Assembly: GCA_965249725.1 (NCBI GenBank)
Contig: CBDFMQ010000002.1
Location: forward strand, 1,408,001-1,472,000
Length of the DNA stretch: 64,000 nucleotides
Source of the DNA: Longimicrobiales bacterium
GTDB lineage: Bacteria > Gemmatimonadota > Gemmatimonadetes > Longimicrobiales > Gaopeijiaceae
Direction of reading: 5' to 3'
Made by a program: the position numbers and the translations under genes. Positions 50,736 to 60,892 of this stretch are shown piece by piece. The number at the start of each line of letters is the position of its first letter. Position 1 is the first letter of the stretch. Below the pieces are notes generated by a model. That model did not search any database. It saw only the letters and a program-made list of their open reading frames with translations, and was not told where the DNA came from.

Positions 50736-53700
50736 TTAGCTACCGGTCACCACGAGAATGTTGTTGTTCGGCGAGGCGACCAGCGCGTCACCCGCGCCGT
50801 CCACACCGACGACCACCAACTGCTCTGCGACGCCCGGCGGCACACCGGTATACCAGGTGCTGGCCATAGCCGTTGTGATCGCGAAGCTCCAGGTGTAGGT
50901 CCGGCCAAGAGCGCCGGCACCCAGATCCGTGATCGACGCCGAGGCGCCACTCACGCTGCCGAGGAGGTCCCAGGTGTCGTCCGCCGTGTAGAACCCGGCG
51001 TCGCCACCGTCGACCACCCGGTAGAAGTACATCGTGCCCGTCGCGAACGGATTCGCGTAGGTCCCTGCCGGACCGTGGGCCTGAGCCGTGAGAGTCACGG
51101 AGCCCACGAGCGGAGCCACGCAAGTGAGACCCTTACCGTCACAGAGACTCGTGAGAGCGGCTCCACCGTTCGAGATGATGAAGTCACCCGTCGTGACATC
51201 CGCTGTACCCGCCGGAACCGTCCCGGCGATGAAGTTGTTCGCCGCAGGCGCGGACAGGTTGCCTGCCGCATCTGAAGTGATCGCACGGACGTTGGCCGAC
51301 GGAAGCAACACGCCGCCCGGCGCACCAGGCGTCGGAGCTGCGGGAGCAAGGTCAACGTAGCCGGTGCCAGCCAGCTCGATGCTCCGGATGAACGGAATGC
51401 TCTGCGAGGCCGAAGCCGTCGGGGTGAGCGTACCGTCCCACATACCGTCGGTCACCACATCCTCGGCACCCCACGGGATGAACACGCCGTTACCAGGCAC
51501 AGCAGCCGCGTCGAGCGAGAAGGCAGTGCTGTTCAGGTCGAGGTTGTCCGCCACGCTCGCTGAGAACGTAGTGAGCGCGCCACCCGTCAAGACCGGCGGA
51601 ATAGCGACGTTCGAGGTGGTCGGAATCGTAACGTCCAACAAGAGATCACGAACGAACGTGGTCCCCATGTTGCCGGCCTGGTCCATGATGGTACCAGTGG
51701 TCGTGTAGTACGCGTCCGCCATGCCGACACCAAACTCCGGCACACACGGGACCGCGTTGGTCGGAATCGCCGCACAAGCCGCGATACCGCCCGCGATGTT
51801 GACCACGCCACCGGTGGTAGCGCTGGCACCCACCAGCCACGGAAGTGCGTTAGGCGCAACGCCGAGCCTGAAGATGGTGGCCTGGACCGGAGTGGCCGAG
51901 AATCCGGCCGCGTCTTCGACGCCCGTCCAGGTCTGACCCAGCGTGTGGGCAGCCGAACCGGCATTCAAGATGACCCTGTCGGTGGTGGAACCTGCACCGA
52001 TCGCCGTGGCGGTCGGAGCGGTGTCATCGAGACCGAACGTAATGCCCGGGTTCGTACCCAACGGGACCTGCGTACCGGGTGCGGCACCGCCGAGGGATCC
52101 CAGGTTGTAGTAGTTCACGTTGCTGAGGGCATCCCACAGGCCCACGTCAACCTGGAAGTCCGAGTTCAAGATACCCTGGGCGAGCCCGGCAGCGGCCGGA
52201 GTCGCCGCGCTGGCAAGCGCCCGCAGGGCAACCGTCGTAAGCGTGGCCGCACCAGAGTGGAACGTAGTCGTAACCCCACCGACACCCAACGCCGCACCTG
52301 CGGCAGCCGGGACCTCGTCATCGTCGTCCTGCGTGAGGCCGAGAGCCGTCGAGTAGGGGAAGCTGGACGGGAGCCAGCCGTTACCCGCTGCCGTGGCAGT
52401 GTTACCACCACCAGCAGCAGCCTGGTCAGCCAGCCTGAACCCGTTGGTCAGAACCGCCGGGTCGGACAGCGTCGGACCGACGTTGTCAGAGGAGACCGCG
52501 AACAGCCCGACAGCGCCGTTGATCGTGACGTTGTCGTCAGCGGTACCGAACGCGAGGTCGGGTCCGACCACGTTGAACGCCGTCCCGTTGCTGTAGGTGG
52601 CGGCCGTGATGGTCGCACCGTCGCCGGGGAAACCAACCACGTCGGTCTGGTAGTTACAGATCGGACCGATCGGAGCCACGCAGGACGCCGAATAGACGTT
52701 CTGGAACGGAGCCGCGAGGTCGGTGATTGCTACACCACCCGCGAAGGGGCCGGGGAACGGTGCGGGCGGCGTTGCGTTGTTGATCGAGAGAGCCGTGGCG
52801 ATGGAGCCCATCGTCAAGCCGGAATAAAGCACCGGCTCCAGGTCCAGGGTCAGGCTTCCGCCCATCCACAGCACTGCCGCACCGCTGACCGCGCTGGTCG
52901 CGGAGGAGAGCTGACCGATGATCACGTCCGGGTTGGTGAACGTCAGGCTGCGGCTGTTGGAAGCTGAAGCCGTCGCCCCGTCCTGGGTTGTCACGGTCGC
53001 GGAGACGACCCTGTTATTGGGCGTTCCGGGGGTGGCGGCCGGATAGGTCGGCGCACCGTTGCCCACGGCGCAGAGGGCGCCGGGAGCCGCCCCGTAAGCG
53101 GCCGTGTTGATCTGGATGGTCGCGTTGCGCTCAGCGCCCTCGGCACCCTCTTCCGGAGCACCGGTCGAGAACGTCTGGGTGCCTACAACGACACCGTCCA
53201 GAAGCACGGAGGCCGAAACCAGCGTCGAGGTACCCTCGTTGATGACGAGGTTCACGTCGATGGGTCCGAGAACCGCTGTCGGAATGACCGTAACGCCGGC
53301 CGTACCACTGGCCGTGATCGTCGAGATCGTAACCGTAGCGGCCGTGGTGACTTCTTCGACCGTACCGATGAAGGTGACGTTGGCGCTCTGGCCAACGGCG
53401 ACCGTCACGTCACGCGAAGTGACGGTGATGTCGGCGGTACCGAAGTCGGAAACCGTAACGGTGTAGTCGCCAGCCCGGAGGCCGGTGAACTCGAAGTCGC
53501 CGTCGGTGTCCGACGTGCCAGCAGCGGACACACCGGCCAGCATACCCGTACCGGCGACGTTGACCGTCGCTACGATGCCGGTGCCACCGCCGGTAACGCT
53601 ACCGCGGATGCTCGACGTGCGGATGTAGTTACCACCGAAGTCGGCGGTGACCGTCTGGCCACTCGTCGTAATGGTGACAACCGTTGAGGTCGTACCGAAG

Positions 53701-53985
53701 GTCACGTCGGCAGGGCCGCCGCTGACCTGTACGCCGTACGTCCCCGAGGGCACGTTAGCGAACGAGTAGGTACCGCCAGCACCAGTCGTTGCCGACTGCG
53801 AAGCAGCGCCCACGAGGCTGACCGTGACACCAGCGAGGCCCATGCCCTCGACCGAAACCGTACCACTTACGGTTCCGACGATGGCTACCGGCGTCGTAGT
53901 TGTCGTAGTCGTCGTATCGTCGTCACAAGCGACCATCGGAATGGTCGCGAGCAAGGCGATAGCTGCGAAAACGAAGGAACTTCAT
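50736..53985 (-). CDS. Large S-layer-like surface lipoprotein; N-terminal tandem carboxypeptidase-regulatory/prealbumin-like domains; signal peptide frameshifted near 53970
   Basis: 1072-aa ORF rich in T/G/A/V and nearly Lys-free; lipobox MVAC followed by DDD and poly-Thr; SD-backed ATG at 53985 is 1 nt out of frame. Confidence 0.75.
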
Positions 53986-54060
53986 TGATAAATCTCCAGT
54001 ATGGAGGTGTAGTTCGCTCGCCCTAGAAGGCAGAGCGCAAGAATCCGAGGTGCCGGAAGC

Positions 54061-54075
54061 GCAAGGATGGTGCCA
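54061..54075 (-). promoter_or_regulatory. Sigma-54 (-24/-12) promoter
   Basis: TGGCAC-CATCC-TTGC, an exact consensus match ~75 bp upstream of ATG 53985 in the correct orientation. Confidence 0.75.
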
Positions 54076-54161
54076 CAACGAAAACCGAAGATCATCCAGT
54101 GTTTATGCGGTGTTTCGGCGGTCTCTAGACTGTGGAAAAAGCATCAGAAACCCGTGGACCC

Positions 54162-55178
54162 TCAGATTTCTGAGGATTCGGCCAAATACCGCTCTGCCAT
54201 GGTCACGATTTCGCTGGAACCCAGGTACAACGGGGTTCTTTGGTGCAGGTCGGTGGGCTCGAGGTCCAGAATGCGGTTTTGGCCGTCCGAAGCCCTCCCG
54301 CCGGCCTGTTCACAGATCATTGCCATGGGCGCGGCCTCGTATAGGAGCCGCAGCTTCCCTTGTGGCGCCTTGCTATCAGCCGGATACATGAACACACCCC
54401 CCTTGAGGAGCGTCCGATGGAAGTCGGCGACCAGCGAGCCGATATATCGGGAGCTGTAGGAGGGCGTAGATGCACCGTCCAGCCCCTTCAGATGCTGCAT
54501 GAGGCGCTGTTGCCCCCTAGACCAGCGTGGGTAATACGCCTCGTTGATCGAGTACATCAGGTTGGGCGGGTCCGGTATCGTGATGTCTCGATGACTCAGC
54601 AGGAACTCGCCGATCGACGGATCGAGCGTAAAGCCGTGTACCCCGTGGCCACTCGTGTAGACGAGCATCGTCGACGAACCGTACAGGACGTAGCCGGCAG
54701 CGAGCTGCTCGGATCCCGCCTGGAGGCAATCTTCCAGCGTCCCGTCCTCTCCCCCGGAGATCTTCCGGTGAATCGAGAAGATGGTCCCTATGGAAACGTT
54801 CACGTCGATGTTCGACGAGCCGTCGAGCGGGTCGAAGATCAGGACGTAGTCCCCTTTGGGGAACTCCGCCGGGATCGGCAGGATCTCTTCCGATTCCTCC
54901 GAGACCATGCAGCAGAGCGTACCCGAGTGATCCATGGCTCTGTAGATCACGTCCTGGGCGTACAAGTCGAGCTTCTGCACCCGCTCCCCTTGGACATTGA
55001 CCGTGCCCGCGCCGCCTAGGAGGTCCACGATGCCGGCCTTGTTCACCTCTCTGGAGATGATCTTGGCCGCCAGAGTGAGTCCGTAGAGGATGTTGCTGAA
55101 GGCTCCGGTAACCTCGGGTCGGCTCCGTTCCTCTTCTAGGATGTGCCGTTCGAGTGTGACGACGCTGTTTTCGGGCAT
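54162..55178 (-). CDS. fbp: Fructose-1,6-bisphosphatase class I
   Basis: FDPLDGSSNIDVN, RYIGSLVADFHR, KLRLLYE; ATG at 55178. Confidence 0.96.
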   Translation of the reverse strand: MPENSVVTLERHILEEERSRPEVTGAFSNILYGLTLAAKIISREVNKAGIVDLLGGAGTVNVQGERVQKLDLYAQDVIYRAMDHSGTLCCMVSEESEEILPIPAEFPKGDYVLIFDPLDGSSNIDVNVSIGTIFSIHRKISGGEDGTLEDCLQAGSEQLAAGYVLYGSSTMLVYTSGHGVHGFTLDPSIGEFLLSHRDITIPDPPNLMYSINEAYYPRWSRGQQRLMQHLKGLDGASTPSYSSRYIGSLVADFHRTLLKGGVFMYPADSKAPQGKLRLLYEAAPMAMICEQAGGRASDGQNRILDLEPTDLHQRTPLYLGSSEIVTMAERYLAESSEI

Positions 55179-55304
55179 GGCCCCAGGGGTGGGAGTCGGT
55201 CTGCAACAGCCGTGAGGCCAAGATAACCGGGGCCCTGCCCCGGTCAACGACCGCCTCGTCCCCACATCTCGCACCGCCGTGTCCGCACCTCTCACCATTG
55301 CCTC

Positions 55305-57638
55305 TTACCACTGCGTCCTGACCTCGTACAGCCCGCTGCGTCTGGCACGGACTCGTACATGGCCTCTCTCGTCCGTTCGTAGCACGCGGAGCCCCGCCGC
55401 ATAGAGCCGCTGTAGCACATCGGGATGCGGATGCCCGTAACGGTTTCTGGCTCCAACAGAGATTACCGCCGACTCCGGCGACGTCTTGGACAGGAGGTCT
55501 GGGGATGTGGACGTGTTCGATCCGTGGTGTCCCACCTTCAACAACTCCAATTCGGCAGGCAGATCGGCCAGAAGCACCTCCTCGACCTCCGTCGGGGCGT
55601 CGCCGGTCAGAAGCGCCTCGAACACACCGTACTGGACGAGAACGACGACGGACTGCGCGTTCGAGTCACTCCTACCGGCCGGAGTGGTCGACGGACCGTC
55701 CGGGTAGAGCACTTCTAGTCGGGCTCCGTCCAGGTCCAGTACGAACCCTCGCCTGGCCTCGATCCATGGAATCCCGTTGTCCTGGGCCACCTGTAGGACG
55801 TCCACATAGGCGTCCTTCCCGGCCGCCTGGGCCGGATCCATGATGAAGCGGGGATGAAGGGCCTCCGTGACGACCTCGGCGCCGCCGATGTGATCGAGGT
55901 CGGGATGAGTGAGGATCAGCCCTTCCAAGCGGGCGGCCCCCCGACCGCGGAGATAGGGAATCACGACCCTCGCCCCCGCGTCCCAGGACCGCCCTCTCGG
56001 CCCCGTATCGACGACGACCCACCAGCCGGCCGGTGAACGCACCGCCACGGCGTCCCCCTGCCCAACATCAAGAAAGACGATCTCGAGGGTCCCGGCACCC
56101 AAGGCGCGCTCCACCAGGGGAGCCGCACCCATACCTGCCACTGTCACCGCGGCCACCACCAGGTATCGGACCCAGGGCCTCAGCCGTTCACGGGTCGTGC
56201 GGACCCATGCGACTCCCAGGAGGCCTCCGGCCACGCACCCGATCATTGTTGCGTCTCCCACCCAGACCGACGCCCCAGGGAGAGAACCGACCCCCCGGGC
56301 GAGGCCCTCAAGGCCCCTGAGCAGGAGATCCGTGCCGCCGGCGAGGAACGTCGCCACGGACGGAAGTGGGCCGTAGGCCACTAATGTGGCCAGGAGACCC
56401 GGGATGGCCGCGGCAACCAGAGGCGTGGCTACCAGGGTCGCCGCGACCCCCACGACGGAGACACGTCCGAAGTGCCAGGCGACGAACGGCAACGTGAAGA
56501 GCGTGGCAGCCACTCCTGCCGCGACGCCATCCCGAAGGGTCCGTGGCATTCGACGAAGACGCCCGACATCCAAGGCCCTCCTCAACGGAGGTGCAGCCGT
56601 CACCAACCCGACCGCGCCCGCGAACGAAAGTTGAAATCCCGGCCGCGCCAGAGCGAACGGGTCTCTCACGACGAGAATCAAGAGCGCGCTGGCGATGGCC
56701 CCGAGCGCACCGGCAGGCCGCGCCCGCAGACGGGACGCCGAAACGAGGGTGAGGATCAAGGCTGCCCGGGAGGCCGCGTCCGGAAAGCCGATGAAGCCCA
56801 CGTAGAGCCACGTGAAGATGGTCGCCACGGCCGGGGCCGATCTCCGTGAAACACCCACCCTCCGGACCAGGACACCCAGGATCAACGCGACTACGCCCAC
56901 ATGAAAGCCCGAGATCGCCAACAGGTGCAAAATGCCGGCCAAGGCAAACGACTCGCGGACCTCCGGGTCCAGTCCCTCCTTTCGAGCCAGGATTAGGGCG
57001 GAGGCAACGGGCCAGGTGTCGGGAAACAGCTGCCGGATCCACGATTCGACGCGGCCCCGGTAGCGGGCGCGGGCGGCGGCAACGCTGAGCCTGCCGGTGC
57101 CGACGCCTACGCGGGCGCCGACGAAGGCAGTATCCGTCCACACGTGGTCCAGAACCATCACCCCGGCGAACTGCGGCCTCGACGCCTCCGGATGGGGCGC
57201 GCGCTGCCAGCGAGCGGTTCCCACAACCGGCTGCCCGGGCGCGGGACCTCGCGCGGTGTCCGGCATTCGCCACAGGACCCTGATCTCCCCGCGACACCCC
57301 AGGCCGTCTGCGAGGCGGAACGGACGGACTCCGGATCCAGGCGGTGTCTCGAACCACCCCGATACGGTCCCCGAAGCGCCGTCGGACAGGTGGAGCCGGC
57401 AATCACTCTCGGCAGAACGACGCTCGGAGTGGGTGAGCACGGCGCCGGCCAGGACGGCCATCGACACGGCGAGCGGGATCTGCCCCCGACGTTTCGGGCG
57501 AAGGAAGGGCAGAAAGAGTACTGCTAGAGGGGTGAGGGAGGGAACGTGGGAGAGCGGGGAGGCAAAGACCGTAGCGACGGCGCACCCGCCGAGAAAGGCA
57601 AGGGCGAGCAGGGCCACGGGTGGCACCAGGGGTCTCAA
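55305..57638 (-). CDS. comEC: Competence protein ComEC/Rec2
   Basis: HLLAISGFHV, FQLSF, DVGQGD, THPDLDHIGG, GHHGS, YGHPH. Confidence 0.94.
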   Translation of the reverse strand: MRPLVPPVALLALAFLGGCAVATVFASPLSHVPSLTPLAVLFLPFLRPKRRGQIPLAVSMAVLAGAVLTHSERRSAESDCRLHLSDGASGTVSGWFETPPGSGVRPFRLADGLGCRGEIRVLWRMPDTARGPAPGQPVVGTARWQRAPHPEASRPQFAGVMVLDHVWTDTAFVGARVGVGTGRLSVAAARARYRGRVESWIRQLFPDTWPVASALILARKEGLDPEVRESFALAGILHLLAISGFHVGVVALILGVLVRRVGVSRRSAPAVATIFTWLYVGFIGFPDAASRAALILTLVSASRLRARPAGALGAIASALLILVVRDPFALARPGFQLSFAGAVGLVTAAPPLRRALDVGRLRRMPRTLRDGVAAGVAATLFTLPFVAWHFGRVSVVGVAATLVATPLVAAAIPGLLATLVAYGPLPSVATFLAGGTDLLLRGLEGLARGVGSLPGASVWVGDATMIGCVAGGLLGVAWVRTTRERLRPWVRYLVVAAVTVAGMGAAPLVERALGAGTLEIVFLDVGQGDAVAVRSPAGWWVVVDTGPRGRSWDAGARVVIPYLRGRGAARLEGLILTHPDLDHIGGAEVVTEALHPRFIMDPAQAAGKDAYVDVLQVAQDNGIPWIEARRGFVLDLDGARLEVLYPDGPSTTPAGRSDSNAQSVVVLVQYGVFEALLTGDAPTEVEEVLLADLPAELELLKVGHHGSNTSTSPDLLSKTSPESAVISVGARNRYGHPHPDVLQRLYAAGLRVLRTDERGHVRVRARRSGLYEVRTQW

Positions 57639-57674
57639 GGAGGACCGCGGAGCCGCGAGGCATCGGGAATCAGG

Positions 57675-58007
57675 CTAGAACAGGTCCTCCTCCCCTTCGG
57701 GTTGCACGTCGGACTCCGTGGGGAAGAGCTCCTGCTGCGTGCGATCGATCAGAGCGCGCTCCTCGCGGTCCTCCGTCTCTAACCGATGCCGCAGAATCGA
57801 GCGCACTTTGAGATCGCTCTGCACGCCGGCGATCAGCATGACCACCATCCCCGTGAACAGGCCACCCAGCGCAACGACCGTGACCGGCACCCGATAGAAG
57901 ACGACGATGCCCAGATCGACCGTGACGGGCCGCGCCCCGTTCATGGCGGCAAAGACGATGGAGATGACCAGGACCAAGAAAACCCCGAGGGGTCCGGCCA
58001 TCCTCAT
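57675..58007 (-). CDS. LapA-like small membrane protein
   Basis: TM-FAAMN...V.V.L-P-TM followed by a charged tail. Confidence 0.7.
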   Translation of the reverse strand: MRMAGPLGVFLVLVISIVFAAMNGARPVTVDLGIVVFYRVPVTVVALGGLFTGMVVMLIAGVQSDLKVRSILRHRLETEDREERALIDRTQQELFPTESDVQPEGEEDLF

Positions 58008-59518
58008 GACTGAACGGCCATCACAGGGGTCTCAGACAGCTCTCCGACGAACGTCGCGCTGGTCGTGGCCGTGAGGGCCACCGTCTGGTAGGTGGCAATG
58101 AGGTCCGGCGAACCCTGAAACGCCACGACCTTGTTGCGTCTCGTGCGGCCGAGAATCTGCCCCGGATCACGGGCCGTCTTCTCCACCAGGACCTCTTCGA
58201 CTCGCCCCACTTCACCGCGGTTGATCTCGCCTTGGATCTCTCGATGGACCTCGATCAACCGTGCCAGGCGGGCCTGCGCCTCGTCGGCGGGGACGAAGTC
58301 TTCCGGCGGCAGTCGGGTGGCCGGCGTGCCCTCGCGCAGCGAATAGCGATACGTGTAGGCGTCGTCGAAGCGCACGGTGCGAAGGACGCTCAACGTGTCC
58401 TCGAACTGCTCCGGGGTCTCCCCCGGGAACGCGACGATAACATCGGTGGACAGAGCGATGTCGGGGATGGCCCGTCGCGCCAAGTCCACCTTCTCCAGAA
58501 AGCTCTCCACCGAATACCGGCGGAGCATCCGCTTCAACACGCGGTCGCTCCCCGACTGGAGGGGCAAGTGGAGCTGTTCACACACGGCGGGCTCTTCGGC
58601 CATGACCTCGAGCAGCTCGGGGGTCACGTCGTTCGGGTGAGGCGACGTGAACCGCACCCTCCGAATCCCCGGCACACGGGCAACCGACCTGAGCAGGTCG
58701 GTAAACGACGTCTCCTGCGACCGATAGGAGTTCACCGTCTGCCCGAGGAGCGTCACCTCGGTGAGGCCCGAGGCCGCGATCTCTTCGATCTCGGCGAGCA
58801 CTGCTTCAGGTCGGCGGTTCTTCTCGGGGCCCCTAACGTAGGGAACGATGCAGAACGTGCATCGGTGATCGCACCCGCGCTGAATCGGGACCCAGGCAGA
58901 TATGCGAGAGGTCCGGCGCTGGGCCAGGCCTTCGTAGTTCTCGCCGAGGTTGAGATCCAGCACCGCGAGCTGGGGCCCTCGCTTCTTGCTCGACCGGGAA
59001 GGCATGATGCGACGTCCCTCCTTGAGAGCCTCGAGCCGTTCGGGCAGGGATCGGTACCCGTCGGGGCCCATCACCAGATCGACGAAGGGCGCCTGCTCGA
59101 GGAGCACGTCACCCATGCGTTGGGCCATGCAGCCCGTCACTCCGATGACCACGTCCGGGCGCTCCTTCTTCAGCCCGTGCAGCTGCCCTACCCTGCCGAG
59201 CACCCGTTTCTCCGCGTGCTCACGGATCGCGCACGTGTTCACGAGAATGACGTCGGCTTCTTCGGGGGTGGAGGCGATCTCGTACCCGTGCTCGGCCAGA
59301 ACCCCCTCCATCAGCTCTCCATCGCTGATGTTCATCTGGCAGCCATACGTCTCGACGTAGGCCCGTTTCTTGGCCGGTTTGTGGGCCCGCTCGTTGGCCC
59401 GTCCGTTGGCAGGTCCGTTGGCAGGTCCGTTGGCAGGTCCGTTGGTAGGTCCGTTGGTAGGTCCGTTGGTAGGTCCGTTGGTAGGTCCGTTGGTAGGCTT
59501 CATGGGTCTGGAGATCAT
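58004..59518 (-). CDS. miaB: tRNA-2-methylthio-N6-dimethylallyladenosine synthase MiaB
   Basis: TYGCQMN, NTCAIRE, GCDHRCTFC, FTSPHP, TRAM domain; N-terminal repeat extension (start could be 59503). Confidence 0.95.
   Translation of the reverse strand: MISRPMKPTNGPTNGPTNGPTNGPTNGPANGPANGPANGRANERAHKPAKKRAYVETYGCQMNISDGELMEGVLAEHGYEIASTPEEADVILVNTCAIREHAEKRVLGRVGQLHGLKKERPDVVIGVTGCMAQRMGDVLLEQAPFVDLVMGPDGYRSLPERLEALKEGRRIMPSRSSKKRGPQLAVLDLNLGENYEGLAQRRTSRISAWVPIQRGCDHRCTFCIVPYVRGPEKNRRPEAVLAEIEEIAASGLTEVTLLGQTVNSYRSQETSFTDLLRSVARVPGIRRVRFTSPHPNDVTPELLEVMAEEPAVCEQLHLPLQSGSDRVLKRMLRRYSVESFLEKVDLARRAIPDIALSTDVIVAFPGETPEQFEDTLSVLRTVRFDDAYTYRYSLREGTPATRLPPEDFVPADEAQARLARLIEVHREIQGEINRGEVGRVEEVLVEKTARDPGQILGRTRRNKVVAFQGSPDLIATYQTVALTATTSATFVGELSETPVMAVQS
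59377..59496. repeat. 12-bp tandem repeat GTCCGTTGGYAG x8 plus 2 degenerate units
   Basis: Three C-type units (59401-59436), five T-type units (59437-59496); encodes (PTNG)5(PANG)3. Confidence 0.95.
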
Positions 59519-60879
59519 ACCGAACTCAGTTGCGAACGCTGTGACAAATCCATGTCACTGGAAGCCGACTCCACGTCGCGGGGAACCGACCGGTCGAGAT
59601 CAATATACAGGCCTTCGCCCGAGCCCCGCAGCCGACCGTCGTACAGGTACCTCAGGTCGGCTTCTCCGGCCCCTCTGGCGTCGACGCGCAGATAGTCTCC
59701 GGTGAGAGCCATCCGACCAGAGGCCTCGAGCGTCACCCTGGCGTCCTCGCCTTCTCTGGAGTTCCGGTAACGCTCACCCTTGTCCTGAGCGAGCGTCCTC
59801 AGTTCCCTGCTCCGCTCTCCGGCGATGCGTTGAGGCACAGGGTCCGACAACTCCGTGGCCTCGGTCCCGTCCTTGGGGGAGAATGGAAAGACGTGCAGAT
59901 AGGTGTAAGGCAGCTCCTCGACGAGTCGCAGCGTGTCCTCGTGGTCTTGAATGGTCTCTCCGGGGAAGCCGGTGATCACGTCGCCGCCGAGACCGAGCCG
60001 AGAGAGCTTGGAAGCGATCTCGAGCGCCCGGGTCCGGTAGTGCTCCCTGGTGTGCCATCGCCGCATTCGGCGGAGTACGGCATCGGCCCCGCTCTGAAGC
60101 GGCATGTGGAGGTGAGGTGCCACTCTACCGCCGGACGTGACCATCAGCTCGAGCAGAAGGTCGTCGACTTCCGTCGCCTCGATGCTCCCCAGGCGAAACC
60201 GGACGTCCGGAACGCTATCGAGAAGACGGGCCAGCAGCTCCGAGAGGGTCACCGGGTCGTCCAGGTCTCGTCCGTAGTGACCGATGTGGATACCGGTGAT
60301 CACCAGCTCGGGATGAGGACCCGCGAGCACCGACGCCTCTTGAATGACCTCCTCAGGGAGTCGAGAGCGGCTCGACCCGCGGGCAAGCCGCGTGGCGCAG
60401 AACGAGCAGTGCCTGTCGCAGCCGTCCTGGACCTTCAGCCAGCCTCTCGTCGCGCCCTCCCTACGCGTCAGGATGGACGCGCCGACGGGCTCTTGATCCA
60501 GGTGGGCGAGGCCCCTGTGTGTGCCCAGCTGCACCAGCCCCGCTTGGAGATCCCCGACGGCCCCGGCCAGCTGAACGGGGTCATGTCCCGGCACCACGGC
60601 TTCCACCTCGTCCATGGCCTCGTACTGGGCTGTTCTGAGTACCGCGGAGCATCCGGCCACGACTACGCGGGCATCGGGTCGCTCCCTGCGGAGCCGGCGG
60701 ATGAAGCGGCGGGCCTCGGCATCGGCTGCGTTGGTAACGGTGCAGGTGTTGACCACACAGACCTCGGCCGTGGAGTCACCGTCTACGGTGGTGGCACCCC
60801 GAGCCTCCAGTTCCTGCCGCATACGCTCGGTGTCGTACTGGTTGGCCTTACATCCGAACGTGTGGTAGAGGACCCGCAT
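59515..60879 (-). CDS. mtaB: tRNA methylthiotransferase MtaB
   Basis: TFGCKANQYD, NTCTVT, KVQDGCDRHCSFC, GIHIGHYG; ATG at 60879. Confidence 0.9.
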   Translation of the reverse strand: MRVLYHTFGCKANQYDTERMRQELEARGATTVDGDSTAEVCVVNTCTVTNAADAEARRFIRRLRRERPDARVVVAGCSAVLRTAQYEAMDEVEAVVPGHDPVQLAGAVGDLQAGLVQLGTHRGLAHLDQEPVGASILTRREGATRGWLKVQDGCDRHCSFCATRLARGSSRSRLPEEVIQEASVLAGPHPELVITGIHIGHYGRDLDDPVTLSELLARLLDSVPDVRFRLGSIEATEVDDLLLELMVTSGGRVAPHLHMPLQSGADAVLRRMRRWHTREHYRTRALEIASKLSRLGLGGDVITGFPGETIQDHEDTLRLVEELPYTYLHVFPFSPKDGTEATELSDPVPQRIAGERSRELRTLAQDKGERYRNSREGEDARVTLEASGRMALTGDYLRVDARGAGEADLRYLYDGRLRGSGEGLYIDLDRSVPRDVESASSDMDLSQRSQLSSV

Positions 60880-60892
60880 GTCGCCTGCCGCG

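Noticed and set aside
53893..53925. Poly-Thr/Asp codon run as a phase-variable microsatellite
   Set aside because: Mixed synonymous codons (ACG/ACT/ACA) indicate a protein-level linker, not a pure DNA repeat
50016..54160. Integrated mobile element or prophage around hicAB and the surface protein
   Set aside because: No integrase, att-like repeats, tRNA or phage genes visible
55227..55245. Hairpin ACCGGGGC-CCT-GCCCCGGT between comEC and fbp as a terminator or ncRNA
   Set aside because: Only a weak U-tract follows; function cannot be supported
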